A stretch of DNA of 64,000 nucleotides from the human T2T-CHM13v2.0 reference genome, Homo sapiens: NCBI RefSeq assembly GCF_009914755.1, contig NC_060936.1; one strand, given 5' to 3'. A program made the position numbers and the translations under genes. Each line of letters opens with the position of its first letter. The first letter of the stretch is position 1. Shown here one piece after another: positions 14,799-29,341 of the stretch. A model generated the notes under the pieces. The model did not search any database. It was not told the origin of the DNA and worked only from the letters and a program-made list of their open reading frames with translations.

Positions 14799-15330
14799 TC
14801 TAGGAACTAGTTAAGGGAGAATGAACAAGATGGGAGCGAGGAGAAAGCGTGTGTGCGTTCGTGTGTGGCTGTCTGTCTGTCTGTCTGCGGCAAGAGGAAT
14901 CTCAGAGTTTCGGTTATTTCTCCTTGAAGAATTTTCAAACGGAGTTCCTGCAGGGGCTGGCTCTAGCGTCTACGATGTGCACACACTGTCTCTCAAGAGG
15001 GAAGTGATCCTGGCGCCACGGGGTGATGCAGCAGAAGTTCTTTTTGTCTGTGGCCAGGGTAGAGTGCGGAGCCCCACGGAGCTGTGGCGTGGCGGCTCCT
15101 CCCAGACGCGTCCGGGGCGCCGCTCGGGTCTCCCAGGACCTCATGTAACCCAGCGTCGGCAGCAAGGAGCCGGTCACAGGCTGACCAACGTCAAGGCGTT
15201 TCACTTTGGAAGCGCACCAGATGAGTGTGGTATTGAGAGCAGACGGCTGGGTGCAATGTTTTTGCCGCATATCTCATGGGTTATTTTAATCTTTTCACGT
15301 AGTCTTAAGGGTCTCACTAGACCGTATATG
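14630..15330. promoter_or_regulatory. Orphan CpG-rich island; candidate promoter or enhancer
   Basis: About 30 CpGs counted by eye in 14770-15330 versus CpG-poor flanks; no recognisable repeat; ETS-like GGAAGT/CGGAAA, TGGCGCCA and ACGTCA motifs. Confidence 0.65.
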
Positions 15331-15419
15331 AGAATGTGGCCAGGGATGTGGCTTCTATAGATTGTCCCAGATAAGAGCATCCCTTTTGTTTTTGTTAATG
15401 CAGGGTAAATACAACCTCT

Positions 15420-16040
15420 TCTTAGGAGCTAGTTTTTCAATTATTCTAAAAGTGATAACATGCTCATGGTTCAAAATTTAGTCAGTTCAGAAGTGCACAA
15501 AATGAAAAAATTGTCCAACTCCCGTCCCACTCCCCAGAGGTAACTATTATTAAAAGTTTCCTTTTTATTGTTCCAGAATTTTTTTAATGCAGTCGAAGCC
15601 TCTATTTAAATCATGTTTTAAAGCACACACAAATATTATTGTACTATACTTTCTGCTCTGCAATTTGCTTTTAAAATTTAATATTTGGACTCTCTATGTC
15701 TACCTTTCTCTCTATATATCTATTTATATCTTCATGGCAACATAAGGCTTTGCCTCATTCTTTTCAACAGCTGCACAATATTCCATGATATGAATGTACC
15801 ATTACTGATTGAATCAGTCTCCTGCTAGTGGATATACAGGTTGTTCCCAGTTTCGTGCTATTACAAACAACGGTGCGGTACAAATCTGTGTGCTAATTGT
15901 TGCTGTGTGCTTATGGGAACATATATGTTGAGTACATTCTTAGAAGTGGAACTTTGGGGCCCAAGGGTACATGGCACTTAACATTTTAATAGATATTTAC
16001 TTTCAAATCACATTCCCAAAAGGTTGTTCCCATGCATATT
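15420..16040 (-). mobile_element. Old L1M (L1ME-like) 3' fragment
   Basis: GGTTGTTCCCAGTTTCGTGCTATTACAAACA, CTTAGAAGTGGAACT and CCAAAAGGTTGT are antisense L1M motifs. Confidence 0.65.
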
Positions 16041-16761
16041 TCAGATGGAAATAAATTCTGTCTTTCAAGTTGTACACATAGCTGAGGGTTTTCCTTAAAA
16101 TACTGTTCATTTTTAAACAGCATATTTTCCATTGAGATCGAATAAACTTGTTTATTTGCTAATTAATTGCCCTTGAAGTTAAATCTCTATTCTAGAAAAG
16201 ATGTCTGAGAAACCTAGTGGAAAGGCCTCAACAACTTCGTCCCAGCCTTGATCAGAGACATTCACAGCTATGGGACAGGCACATGGCTCTATGCCTTGAC
16301 TGTGGCTTCATAGACAGCTGTCTTTAAAAACCCTAGGGTAGGACTGAGAAAGCTTTTTTTTTTTTTTTTTTGGTATGTGTAATAATATCATCTTCAATTA
16401 GTTCTGTTCAAAGGACATCGATTAAGCACAACTATAGTAAAAGTTTCTCCAGTTCCCTACTCTCTGTCCCCTTATCCTGGTTTCCTGCCTTCTCTCTCCC
16501 CTTTTGTGTTTGTTTCTTTTCATACCAGTTATCCTCTGCACCCACTCCTGACACCAGATTGGGTGGCCAGTTCTAGGAACAATGAAACTGATTTCCTACA
16601 ACTGGAAGGTGGTTCTGGAGAGGGAATTAGCTTTGCCTAAGATTATTATCACGCTGACCCGACTCTATATCTAGATCCTGCCTCCAGTGGGATAGCTGAT
16701 CTGCTATGACTCCCAAATGCCTAAAGCTCTCCGCCTACTCAGAAACACAGCATCTTCTTTA

Positions 16762-16896
16762 AAGCTCCAGAAGAGAGAGCTTTTATGGTTAGAGAAGGAG
16801 GTTTAAGAAAAGCAAACAAATAGGGCTCAGCCTGAGATACTGGAAGCAACTTGACCTTGATTTACATATACAAGGAACAGAAATAAATTAGATATT
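16762..16896 (+). repeat. Local duplication, copy 2 (CpG-decayed)
   Basis: Direct-orientation copy of 14630-14798. Confidence 0.95.
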
Positions 16897-19609
16897 AGAA
16901 TTAAATTAAAATCAAATTTTAATTTAGATTTGTATAGGTAAGACCTATTACAGATGAAGCCAGATACCAAGATATGTTTCAAAAAACATGTGGTTCACAT
17001 TGCTATTAAATTGTTTATAAATGATCATAGTAGCATCCCAATTACCTTTTAGATTATAGCCAACTTTTTGGGAATTACAGGACTTTTACAAGTATTTTAT
17101 TTCCCAAATTACCTGCTTATCTGGAAAATAACCCTAGTAAGACCAAGCCCACTCATCCTGAAAACTCATCTTAAATGAAGCCAAGTCAAGTCAGAATAAG
17201 ATCTGGGTGTCAGCAAAAAGGAAAACAAACAAACAAAAATCAAACCGAACCACGCTAAAATAAAATAAAATAAATTTCCCATTTAAAGTCTGAATCCCTT
17301 TGGCTTTGTAAGCTACTGTTACCATACAGAGGCATCTGCCTTAAAATAAAGGAAATAAATCAAGAGCGTAGAAAACCTGTTTAATCAAAACTCTTAATTT
17401 CAAATCAGTGTTTCCATAACACATTACAAGCCAGCAGGAAGAGAGGGGAGGCAAAATGTGCAGTTCCATGATGTCCCCAAATAGAATGTTCACAACTGAC
17501 AGGAAGCACCTGGGGGATTATGATTATTTGCTTTAGAAATTCAAAAATAAATTGTTTTTTGAAATAAAAAGGGAAGAACAAATCGGTTTCTCAGTTCAGG
17601 TTGTTTTTAACACTTCACACACATCCATTTTTATAATCCCAATTCAGAAGACAATGAATTCAAGTTAATAATGTATTTAAATTTAAGGATAATGCAGAGA
17701 ATGTCAAAATAGAAAATTGCAATAGAACAGTTGAGCTGAACTCTGAGGCTCCTTTTCTTATTTTGACTCAAGTTGACCTTCAATATTATAGTACTTTCAT
17801 TTTTACAGCTCTTTACATATTCTGTAAAAAAGCTTTTAAAAAGTGAAATGAAGATGTTTCTTAACTATTAAATTTCTATTGCCTAACTCTTTTAATTTTT
17901 TGAGTCCATTAAGACTTTAGAAGATATTCTTTCTCAAATCTGTCATTTAATTAACAATTTGCTAATGGCCTTGATAGGATTTTTCCATTTTTGTTTTCCA
18001 AATCAAGAAATCTCCATGTTCCTTTTATTATTTTCACTTTATTTCTTTAGATATAATTCTTGTTTTTCCTGGATAATTAGTATAGAATTTATTTATTGTA
18101 GAGAACTCTGTTCTGACAGCTGATAATATAAATATATGTTTGACCCACATTACTAGAAAGAATGTTATGTAAGGGAGTTTGTCAGGGAATATCAGCTCTC
18201 GAACACTGGGAGTTCAGGGAAAGAAATGAATTTGTAGGTCATTGATCTTTGTGTTTTAAATAAGAATTAACCAAGAATTTTATGGTTACATAACCAGTAC
18301 ATGAACTAGTTTTTACTACATTTTGTTAATACATCGAATTGAATAATCCAATTCAAAACATAGGGTACCAATTCCTCTTGTCAGCAATACTTTGAAAGTA
18401 GGGATTTATTGAGAGTTCTTTTATTGCCTTGACTTCCTTACGTTTGTAAACTATGTGATGGGTATTACACTTAGATTTATTAGGGTACTTAAAATCTTGC
18501 CAAAATGAAACAATCTCTTTTTGTCATAAGTATTGCCGACTTAAAAGCATTTGTGAGGGGACGGGGGGTGATTTTGCTTTTGGAGTCTTACTCGTTACTG
18601 AAAATAAAATATGCTCAGCTTTTTCTTTTTCTAGTAGACATTTATTTTACTGAGTTCCACACTGATAGTTAACTTTAGGAAATGCTTCACATATTTTAAC
18701 TAATTTTATGATTTAATTTTTAAAAAGGAGGTACATTTTAGAATTTTTTCCCCCTTTTAGATACCTGACTTACGTGTTTCTGAAGATAAATTGCAGATCC
18801 AGTCACTATAAATTCAGTTGAAAGACCAATCTTTCTACCCTTCTTTGTTGTTCTGATTTCAGAATTCCAGGCCAGTTTGTTGTCAACTTTAATGTACCTT
18901 TTGAGAAATAAATTGAGTCTCACATTTCTTGCATGTGTTTGTGCCCCTAGAGCTGGAATGCTTTTCTTCGGCCAACTGAAAGTAGAGCCTGCTCCTTCTC
19001 CTCTCACAGATTAAATCTGCTTTCATTCGTGTTAAATTCAGTTAGTTCATGACCAAAAGAAAAGACGTGCTCTCCTTTTTCTTTTTAATTTTAAACAACC
19101 ACCATCTATAGTCTTCCTGTAGTTTTTGAGAGCTTCAAGTTATATAGCTATTTTTGACTTTGTGTTTGGTTAATCTAATAGAGTCTACATTTTTGGGAGG
19201 CATTTAATTTGTGATTATCCCTTATTGTAGTCTACAGAGTCACATCAACAAAATGAGCTGTTTTATTTTATTTTACTTTACTTTCTTTTCTGGTCTTTTT
19301 GTTTTGTAATTTATTTTTAAATTTATTAATTTGTTTTTAATTTTTTTTTTATGTGATTCTTCCAGCTACTTTCCAGTAGCAAATAGAGGGCATAAACAGT
19401 CATAATTTTATTGAATTTGCCTCACCCCTGTGTTTGCCCCTGTTCCTACTTACTCACAATTTAATACTTCTCAGAACTTTCACATTTCACCTAGCATGGA
19501 AACCTGATTGTTAAATGGTTGGATAGGACAGTGTGTAGGAGAATCCTTGGGATCAATAATAGACATATTTGGGTTTATTTCACAGGTATTAGGCTGTGTT
19601 TCTTGACTT

Positions 19610-19870
19610 TTAGTTGAGTGCTTACTCTTGCCAAATTTTATGCCATGCACTTTACATACATTATTTGATTTAATCCCCATAACACCATGCTTGGCATGAA
19701 ACCACATAGTCTGTTTACATTTTGCAGATGAAGAAACTGAGGCTCAAAGAAGGTTAAAGTAGAAAGGCATCCCTTTACTAAGTGGCAGAGCCGAGATTTG
19801 AATCAGCTTATCTGATTTTAATACCTGATTTAATATTTAATATTTGGGATCTTAAGCTATGCCATGCAGC
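19610..19870 (-). mobile_element. MIR
   Basis: CATTTTGCAGATGAAGAAACTGAGGCTCAAAGAAGGTTAA core. Confidence 0.8.
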
Positions 19871-19912
19871 CTGAGTTACTAACTGGGAAGTCATGGTTAT
19901 ATCAGATTCCTA

Positions 19913-20392
<480 letters not shown>

Positions 20393-20769
20393 TCATGTGG
20401 TCTATATCTCTCCTTTAAAAGAACACATTTTTAAAAATTTCAAAAGAATTATAGATCTCAAAGGAAGTTGTGGAGATAGTACAGAGAAGGCCTGTGTACC
20501 TGTCACCCAGTTTCCCCCCAGTGGTTGGCTACATCTTTTGTAACTATAGCACAAGTAAACCAGAAAACTGATCTTGGTATAAAGTGTTTGTGTAGTTCTG
20601 TGCCATTTTATTACCTGTAGATTGGCGTAACCACCACTGAAATCAGGATACAGAACTATCATTACAAAGATCTCCTTTGTGCTACCCATTTATAGTGACT
20701 CCCACATTCCTAACCCTTTGCAGCTGCTGATTTGTTACCTATCACTATAATTTTATCATTTCAAATCCC

Positions 20770-21049
20770 TTTTTTTTTTGAGACACAGTCTTGCTCTGTT
20801 GCCCAGGCATGATCTCAGCTCACTGCAAAACCTCCTTCTCCTGGGTTCAAGCAATTCTCCTGCCTCAGCCTCCTGAGTAGCTTGGACTACAGTTGTGCGC
20901 CACCACACCCGCCTAATTTCTGTATTTTCAGTAGAGATGGGGCTTTGCCATGTTGGCCAGGCTGGTCTCAAACTCGTGACCTCAAGCGATCCACCCACCT
21001 CAGACTCCCAAAGTGCTGAGATTACAGGTGTGAGCCGCCATGCCCGAAC
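20770..21049 (-). mobile_element. Alu (AluS-type)
   Basis: Antisense dimer with small deletion; TCAAATC on both flanks. Confidence 0.93.
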
Positions 21050-21381
21050 TCAAATCTCGCTTTTAAAAAATAATTTTTTGTATTATGAAATAGCTCATCA
21101 GAAAAGTACAGGGAATATTGTAACAATACTTATGTAATCACCACTCAGCCATAACAGATAGCCAGATTTAATAAATATTGTTGTACTTCCTTTGCTGATT
21201 TATTTTAAGGCATCTTTGTCCTACTTTTTGACCCTACTGACCTCCTACCCTCCCTAGAGATAAACTCTACCCAAAAGTTATTGTATATCCTTCCTGTCCA
21301 TGTTTTTTCTGTTTCACTGCATAACTAGGTGTCTACAAACACTATGTAGTTTAGCTTTGTAGGTTTTAAAAATTCACATAA

Positions 21382-21980
21382 GTCAACAAATATATATTGA
21401 GTGCCTACTGTGTGCTAGACCTCAGGAATATGGTAGTGAACAAGGCAAATCTTTTGTTCTAAATATGTAAACATTTGAATACATGAGATAATTGCAGGCA
21501 TCTGTAACTGTGTGAAAATGATAATATAGGATATCAGACTGGCAGGGAAAGTGGGGAAGTGAGGGGATTGGCAGGGCACCGAGGAAACACGTTGCTGACG
21601 ATACTGTGTTTTCGATCAAAACCTGATTGATGAGAAGGAAGAGCAAGTGTTGATGCCTTAACGTAAGGATGAGTTTGGTTTGTACAAGGAAGGGCAACAA
21701 GCACAATGTGGCTGGAACAGTGTAGACTCCAGGGAGGAAGTAGGAGATGAGCTCAGAGGGGTAGAAGGTGAAGGTGGGAGGAGAGGGGGAGATTAGGAAG
21801 GACCAAAGAGATGGCACCGAGGAGTTTGGGTTTTATTAAGGCTGCAGTGGGAAGCCATTGAAAGGTATAAGCAGGGTCATGCCATAGTTATGATATAGGG
21901 GATGGCATAAAAGGCATTCAAGTGAGAAGAGTTAGGACGCTGTTTCCATTTTCCAGGGAAGAACTCAACCAGAGGGATGG
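21382..21980 (-). mobile_element. L2 (L2a-like) fragment
   Basis: CAACAAATATATATTGAGTGCCTACTGTGTGCTAG and GGGAAGCCATTGAAAGG. Confidence 0.75.
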
Positions 21981-22605
21981 TGATACCTTCTATTAAGATA
22001 GAAAGACTTGATATTGATTTATCTGTCTGGATTTGCCTGAAGGATTCAACATTGTTTCAAAATTTACTTATGTTGATACTTTTAGATAAAGTTAACTCAT
22101 TTTCATTGCTATGTATATTCCAATCTATGAGTACAGTATAACAAATTTTCTTTATCTATTAATTTACTTATTAGTAGATGTTAAAGAAATTCTAGCTTTT
22201 TTACTCCTGTACACAATTCTGCCAAAGCATCCTTACATAGAGAGGTTTGTGGATAGGATACTAGAGTTTCTCTGGAGTGTATATCTAGCAATAGAATTGC
22301 TGGGGTCTTTTTGATATGCTCATTGTCAACTTTGTCAGATAGTTCAAAATTGCTCTCCAAAGAGGTTGTACCAATTATTGTCCCTAGTGCCTAGCTGTTT
22401 ATGAGAATTTCCATTTCCTCACCTCCTCAACAGTTAGTGTTAAGCTTTTAACCATTGCTGATCTGATGGATTTAAAATCATATGTCATTGTTATAATTTG
22501 CATTTCCTGCTTACTAGTCACTATTTTTTTTGACCATTTAGATTTAGATTTCTTTTCTAATTCCTATTCCTGTCCTATGTCCAGTTTGCTGTTGTGCTGT
22601 TTGTC

Positions 22606-22896
22606 TTTTTTTTTTTTTTTTTTTTGAGACAGGGTCTCACTTTGTGGTCCAGGGTGAAGTGCTTACGGTAACTTCAAACTCAGGCTCAAGCAATCCTCCT
22701 GCCCCAGCCTCCCAAGTGGCTGGAACTACAGGCATGCACCACCACTCCTGGCTAGTTTTTAATTTTAATTTTTATTTGTATAGATGGGGTCTTGCAATGT
22801 TGCCCAGGCTGGTCTTGAATTCCTGGCCTCAAGTGATCCTCCCACTTTGGCCTCCCAAAGCGCTAGGATTACAGGCATGAGCCACTGTGCCCAGGC
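22606..22896 (-). mobile_element. Alu (AluJ-type)
   Basis: GAGACAGGGTCTCAC, CTCAAGCAATCCTCC and GGCCTCAAGTGATCCTCC J-type features. Confidence 0.92.
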
Positions 22897-23010
22897 TGTT
22901 TATTCTTTTTGAGTTATAGGATTTATTTACATATTCCAGGTAAACAATCCTTCGTTGGATTTTAAGCATTGATATATACATTGAAAAAACCTTTGTTGGC
23001 TTTTATGCAC

Positions 23011-23389
23011 TACTGTGGTTTGAATGTATCCCCCAGAGTTAATCCCCAGTGCAACAGTGTTGAGGAGAGGTGGGACCTTTAATAGATGATTAGGTCATGA
23101 GGGCTCTGCCTTCTTAAATGGATTAATGTAGTTATAATGAGAGCGAGTTTATTATTTCAAGAGTGGGTTTGTTATAAAAGCAAGTTTGGCTTTCTCTTGC
23201 TCTCTTGCACATGCATGCTGTCTTGCTCTTTTGCCTTCTACTGTAAGATGATGTAGCAAGAAGGCCCTTGCCAGATGCTGGCACCTAGATATTAGATTTC
23301 CCAGCCCATAGAAGTGTGAGAAATAAAATTCTTCATATGTTACCCTGCCTCAGGTATTGTGTTATAGCAACACAAAATGGACTAAGACA
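23011..23389 (+). mobile_element. MaLR solo LTR (MSTB/MSTC-like)
   Basis: TACTGTGGTTTGAATG...GGACTAAGACA; perfect 5-bp TSD TGCAC. Confidence 0.88.
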
Positions 23390-24199
23390 TGCACTGAAAT
23401 AATTTTGTCTTCCAGTTTTAGCTTGTCTTTTCACTGTTTAAAGTAATGCTTTACATTTACAATATTACTGTAGTCAGATTTACCAATCTTATTCTTTACA
23501 TTTTGTGTTTTCCTACCCTGTCATAAATATATTCAAGTTGTGCTTTTCACTTTAGTTGTTGAATTCACCTGAAAAAAAAATTAATAAATGGAGATAAAGG
23601 TATAGATTTAAAAAAAATTATTTTTCTTTTCTTTATGGAAAATGAACTAACCCAGTACCACTTATTGAACAGTCTTTTCCTTTCCCTACTGATTTTTAAT
23701 GTTACCTTTGTAATATATCAAGTTTTCCATAAGCATGGGTCTGTTTATGAGCTCACTATTCTGTTCTGCTCTTCTATTTGTCCGTCTCCACACCAGTGCC
23801 ATTCTTTTGTAATTACTATAGCTTTATAATAACTTTGCTATCTAGTGTGGTGAGTGGTTTTTGTTTATTCTTCTGTGTTATCTTGGCCATTTTTGATTCT
23901 TTACTCTTTGATACTAGCTTAAGGATCAACTTGTCAAATGCTGTGATGGGAAAATGTATAGATTTTAATTGTAATTACAATGAATTTATAGATTAATCTG
24001 AAAACAATTGCCATCTTTGAGCTTTTCCATCCCATACATGAACATGAATATCCTTTCATTTATAGAGATTTTTTTATGTACCTCAATCAAGCTTCACTTC
24101 ATAATGATCTTGTATTTCCTTTGTTAAATCTGTTTATAAGTTACGTAAAGTTTTTTTTTTTTACTATTGTTAATGGAATCTTTTAAAATTTTGATTAAA

Positions 24200-24525
24200 T
24201 AAAACATTTTATTATTTATTATTTTCATTTTTTTTTTTTTAGAGATGAGGTCTTGATCTGTCACCCGGGCTGGAGTGCAGTGACGTGATCATGGCTCACT
24301 GACGACTTAACCTCCTGGGCTCAAGGGGTCCTTTTGCTTCAGCCTCCCAAGTAGCTGGGACTACGATTGTGCATCACCACACCTGACTAATTTTTTTAAA
24401 TTTTTTGTAGAGACAGGGTTTTGCTAAATTGCCCAAGCTGGCCTTGAACTCTTGCGCTCAAGTTATTCTCCTGCCTCGACCCCTGCAAGTGTTGGGATTA
24501 TGGGTGTGAGCCACCTTGCCTGGCT
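24200..24525 (-). mobile_element. Alu (AluJ-type)
   Basis: Antisense diverged dimer; GGAATCT on both flanks. Confidence 0.9.
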
Positions 24526-24560
24526 GGAATCTCTCTCTCTCTCTTTTTTTTTTTTTTTAA

Positions 24561-25044
<484 letters not shown>

Positions 25045-25530
25045 AAAGTCTGGATTTTTTAAATGTATTTGTTCATATTGCTTATAAGTAGCTATTAGTT
25101 TTCTCAAAGAACGAGCATTTAGATAATCTCTTTAAGTCTCTCTTCCAAACTCTGTGATATATGATTCTATTCAGTGCTTTTGTATCTATATATGGGTAAA
25201 AATTAAGCATGACCACTCATTCTTGGTACATTGCACAATATCTTGATGCATTATACAACTGTCTTTTTTTTATTCCTGCTTCCTATTCCTGTCTCTATTG
25301 AATTTACTAGAAAATTTTCACATAAACTTAGATTAAGATTTTAAAAATATATAGCAAAAGTAAAAATCTTTAAGAGATTTAACAACCTTATATCACTTGC
25401 TGATGACCATCAGCATGTACAGTTACTGACAGTGTGTGACTATAGACTCAAACACATTCTAGACATATTACAGATTGCAAGATGGGGCCAAGAAAAAACA
25501 AGAAAAAGAGAATTATGTCAGTCCTTAGTA

Positions 25531-25831
25531 TTTGTTTGTTTTTTTAAATACAAGGGCTTGCTGGGTCGGCCAGGCTGGAGTGCAGTGGCGCGATCACAGC
25601 TGCCTGAAGCCTCCATCTCCAGGGCTCAAGCAATCCTTCTGCCTCAGCTTATCCTAGACTACAGGTGTGTGCCACTCCACCTGGCTAACTTTTTAAAAAA
25701 TTTTTATTTTTAGTAGAGACGAGGTCTCACTATGTTGCTCAGGCTGTTCTCGAACTCCTGAGGTCAAACAATCCTCCTGCCTTGGCCTTTCAAGGTACTG
25801 GGATTACAGGCATAAGCCACTGTCACTGGCC
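25531..25831 (-). mobile_element. Alu (AluJ-type)
   Basis: Diverged dimer; TSD TCCT.AGTATTTGT. Confidence 0.9.
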
Positions 25832-26674
25832 AATCCTCAGTATTTGTAGCATATACATACACATGAAAACCACACATATGAATGTATGTGTATGTATAAA
25901 GTCATGTGACCTGTACAACATATCGGCATGAGAATGTGTGAACGTGCTTCCTGTTCACATGTACTCCAGGAAATGGAACCAGTTTCCAATTAAGATTCAA
26001 AGGTATATGACAGGTCTACAAGAGACTTTGGGAGATATTATTTCAGAGTTGAGTCCACTTCACCAGGCCTTTCAGACCAGGAGTGGCTCAAATTTGGGTA
26101 GTACTCACCACTTAGGATTATGGTCAGGGCAGTTCACAGGGTGCTTCGTAACAAAACTCCCCTTCACTTCTCAGCTCCCAGGAAAGAAGGGGGCTCTTTC
26201 CTGCCTCAGAGCCCTGCATTCTGTAATCCACTAAGATACTCACCTTGACTCTGCGAGGAGAGGGTGGTGACAGGGAAAACACAGAAGTCAGTGAACTCAT
26301 ACAACTCACAGCCAGGTTGTCATCTGGGTCCTTTCCATCTTTGTAGTTTTCTAGGTGAAGTAGCTGACAAAGGGCCTGGCCTAGAGAGCGCTGCTGGGCC
26401 TGCTTTACTGGGTTGTCCAAACTTCCCTGGAGTGAGGTCCATTCAAGATGTGGGCTCAACTAAGAGGAAGTTACCAGACTATTTAGTCCACTGCCGAACC
26501 TTGGTCCGAGACCAAGTCGTAGCTGTTCCCCGAAGCTATGAGAGTAAACACTGCCTCCTATTTTTAGTAGTTAATTGCTTGCAAAAAATAGCTGGAAATC
26601 CAGACCTTTAAGTCTCAGCAGCCTTTAGCTTCACAGACCATCCTGTGGCAACAACAATCTTAACAACAACAGTA

Positions 26675-26915
26675 AAAAAACCACTAACACTTACCTGGGG
26701 TCACTGTGTGCAGGGCCTTGTGCTATATGCATTGTTTTGTTTAATCCTCAGACTGAGTGGTCATTGTTATTATCCCTATTTTTTTAGATGGGAAAAAGAA
26801 GACTCAAAAAGGTTAGGCCCTCTGCCTCAAGTCACACAGCCCTTCAGAAGCAGAACCAAGCCCAGTCCAAGTTAGTACAGCCTAAGGCTACAGCCTACGG
26901 TTTTGACCACTTCTC
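26675..26915 (-). mobile_element. MIR
   Basis: TATTATCCCTATTTT...AGATGGGAAAA...AAGTCACACAGC. Confidence 0.65.
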
Positions 26916-28040
26916 TTTCCCACGTTTCCACATCCCATAATGGCATCCATGGTGGGATGTTTATTACATGGATCTGGTCCAGTTTCCTCAAAGCACTTTC
27001 GTTGATAAACTGGACTCAATCAAGTTAAATAATCAAGAGATTATTACCTTTATTATTTTTTTTAAAGCCATTAGATTTACAAGTTACCTTGTCTTCCTCC
27101 TCATGTTCCCTTTTTTACAGAGAAACCCGGTATTTTTCCAGTGCAGTATTATTTGGGGTAATGCTTGACAATTTAAAGGGCACGCAGCAGTTGTGTGGAA
27201 TGTAGTCTGAAAATGGCCAATAAAACCATCAGAGTATGAGCAAGCTCCAGGGTGGAACCAGAAATGTGGCCGCCTGCTCCTTGGGCTGATTGCTTTAGCA
27301 GAAAAATCAAGTTCAGGATCCTGTGTTTACTGAGATGATTGGCATGTATTATCAGAGTAGCTGCACCTGGAAGATTTCCGACTTAAATCTATTGACTTCA
27401 TGTAAATGGCATATGGAAAACAACAAATGATAGTTTGGTTGCCAAATAAAAGTACACAGAACACCCACATGGAGGCAACATGCTTGTTTCTATTTTGACA
27501 GCTCTCAGAGGGAAAACGTTGCGGTGTTGGCCTCTTCCTGGTGAGTCCTCATTGGGTATATGGGTATAAAAAAGCTTTGAAACATCCTTTGCTCCTACTC
27601 TTCTGCACTCATAGATTCTCAAAAAAACAAACAAAACAAAACAAAAAAAAACAAGAAAAAGAGTTTTTCTCACTGTTAATCCTCTGATGTGGAAAGAATG
27701 TGAAAAGCAGACGACATTCTTACATGAATAAGCCATATATAAATGAAATATTGGGCAATGCCTATTTAAAAAAATTAACACCCAATAATCTGCATTTTTA
27801 TTCCCCAGACCAAGCAGAAATGATTCATTTTATCCTAATCTAATATTTTTATGCTTGAGTTTTATTGTTCAAATTAACAACAAAAACTACAATAAAAATG
27901 TAGTTTTGTCAGAAGAATGATTTTATAGGCACAGTTATGCCTGCCAAATATACCTAAACTCAATGTTTTAAGAAAAAAAACCGTGGTGGGTATTTTAGAA
28001 AGTTAGACTTACATTCGTAAAGTGTTTGGTCACCTATTAA

Positions 28041-28397
<357 letters not shown>

Positions 28398-29341
28398 TGG
28401 ATTTTTTTTTTTTTTAAGTTGATTGCTCACATGTATAGGGTAAAATTTTTAGGAAATAAGCAGCCATGCCCACTCCCCACTCCTGCCCCAGTAGTCTTGT
28501 AATGTTATATGTCAAAGCAGCTCTCAGTGCTTTTACATTTTCTTACTTTTAATTTAAAATTGTGTTTATAATGTATTTCAAATATACAAAAAGCACAGAG
28601 CACAGTAATTACCAATGCCACCACCACCACCCACATTTAACAAGGATAGTTGTTGCGGCTTGTCTTTATCGCTCTCTTAAACGAGCAAGTTGCCGAGTGT
28701 TACACACACTATATAACTAACGTATATAAGATAAGAAATTACCCCAAAGTCTACTATGTATTGCTTATGGATACTTATACTTCTTAAGACATAAATACAC
28801 AATGGGGAAAATACTTAACCACTCCTGAAGGGCCATTACCTGTCAGAAATTGGGTGGATGAGGCCAGGGGCTTCAACCATACCTGTGAAGCCTTATTTTT
28901 AAAAAAAGTCATCTGAGGTGAATATGGGAAATGTTAATAGTTGTTGATCCCTGGAGATTTTCAGTGTAAAGCATATGGTGAGACAGTTTGACTCTTCAAG
29001 CAGAAACTGGTCCCTTAGAAATGCACCTCCTCCGCCAATCAGGCACATTTGTAATTAACAAAAAGGAATTATGTGAAATGACTACAAGTGGATGCCTCCT
29101 GCATGCATTTCTATGGTATGAATATCACTTGAGTCAGGTAATGGGGAAAAAACAAATGTAAAAGAAAGGGAGCAGGGAAAGGAAATGTACTTCAAATTGT
29201 GTCCTTCCTAATTTTATTCTGTCTGACACTCTTCTGAGGGGCAGTAGAGGCAGAATTCATAACCTCCACCATCATCTTCATAATTGATATTTACTGAGTT
29301 CTTTATAATGTGTCTGTCATTGCCAAGTACTTTACTTCAGA

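Noticed and set aside
14821-15360. 179-aa ORF, the longest in the window
   Set aside because: GC-rich stop-poor sequence with no recognisable domain; not called a CDS without conservation or Ribo-seq
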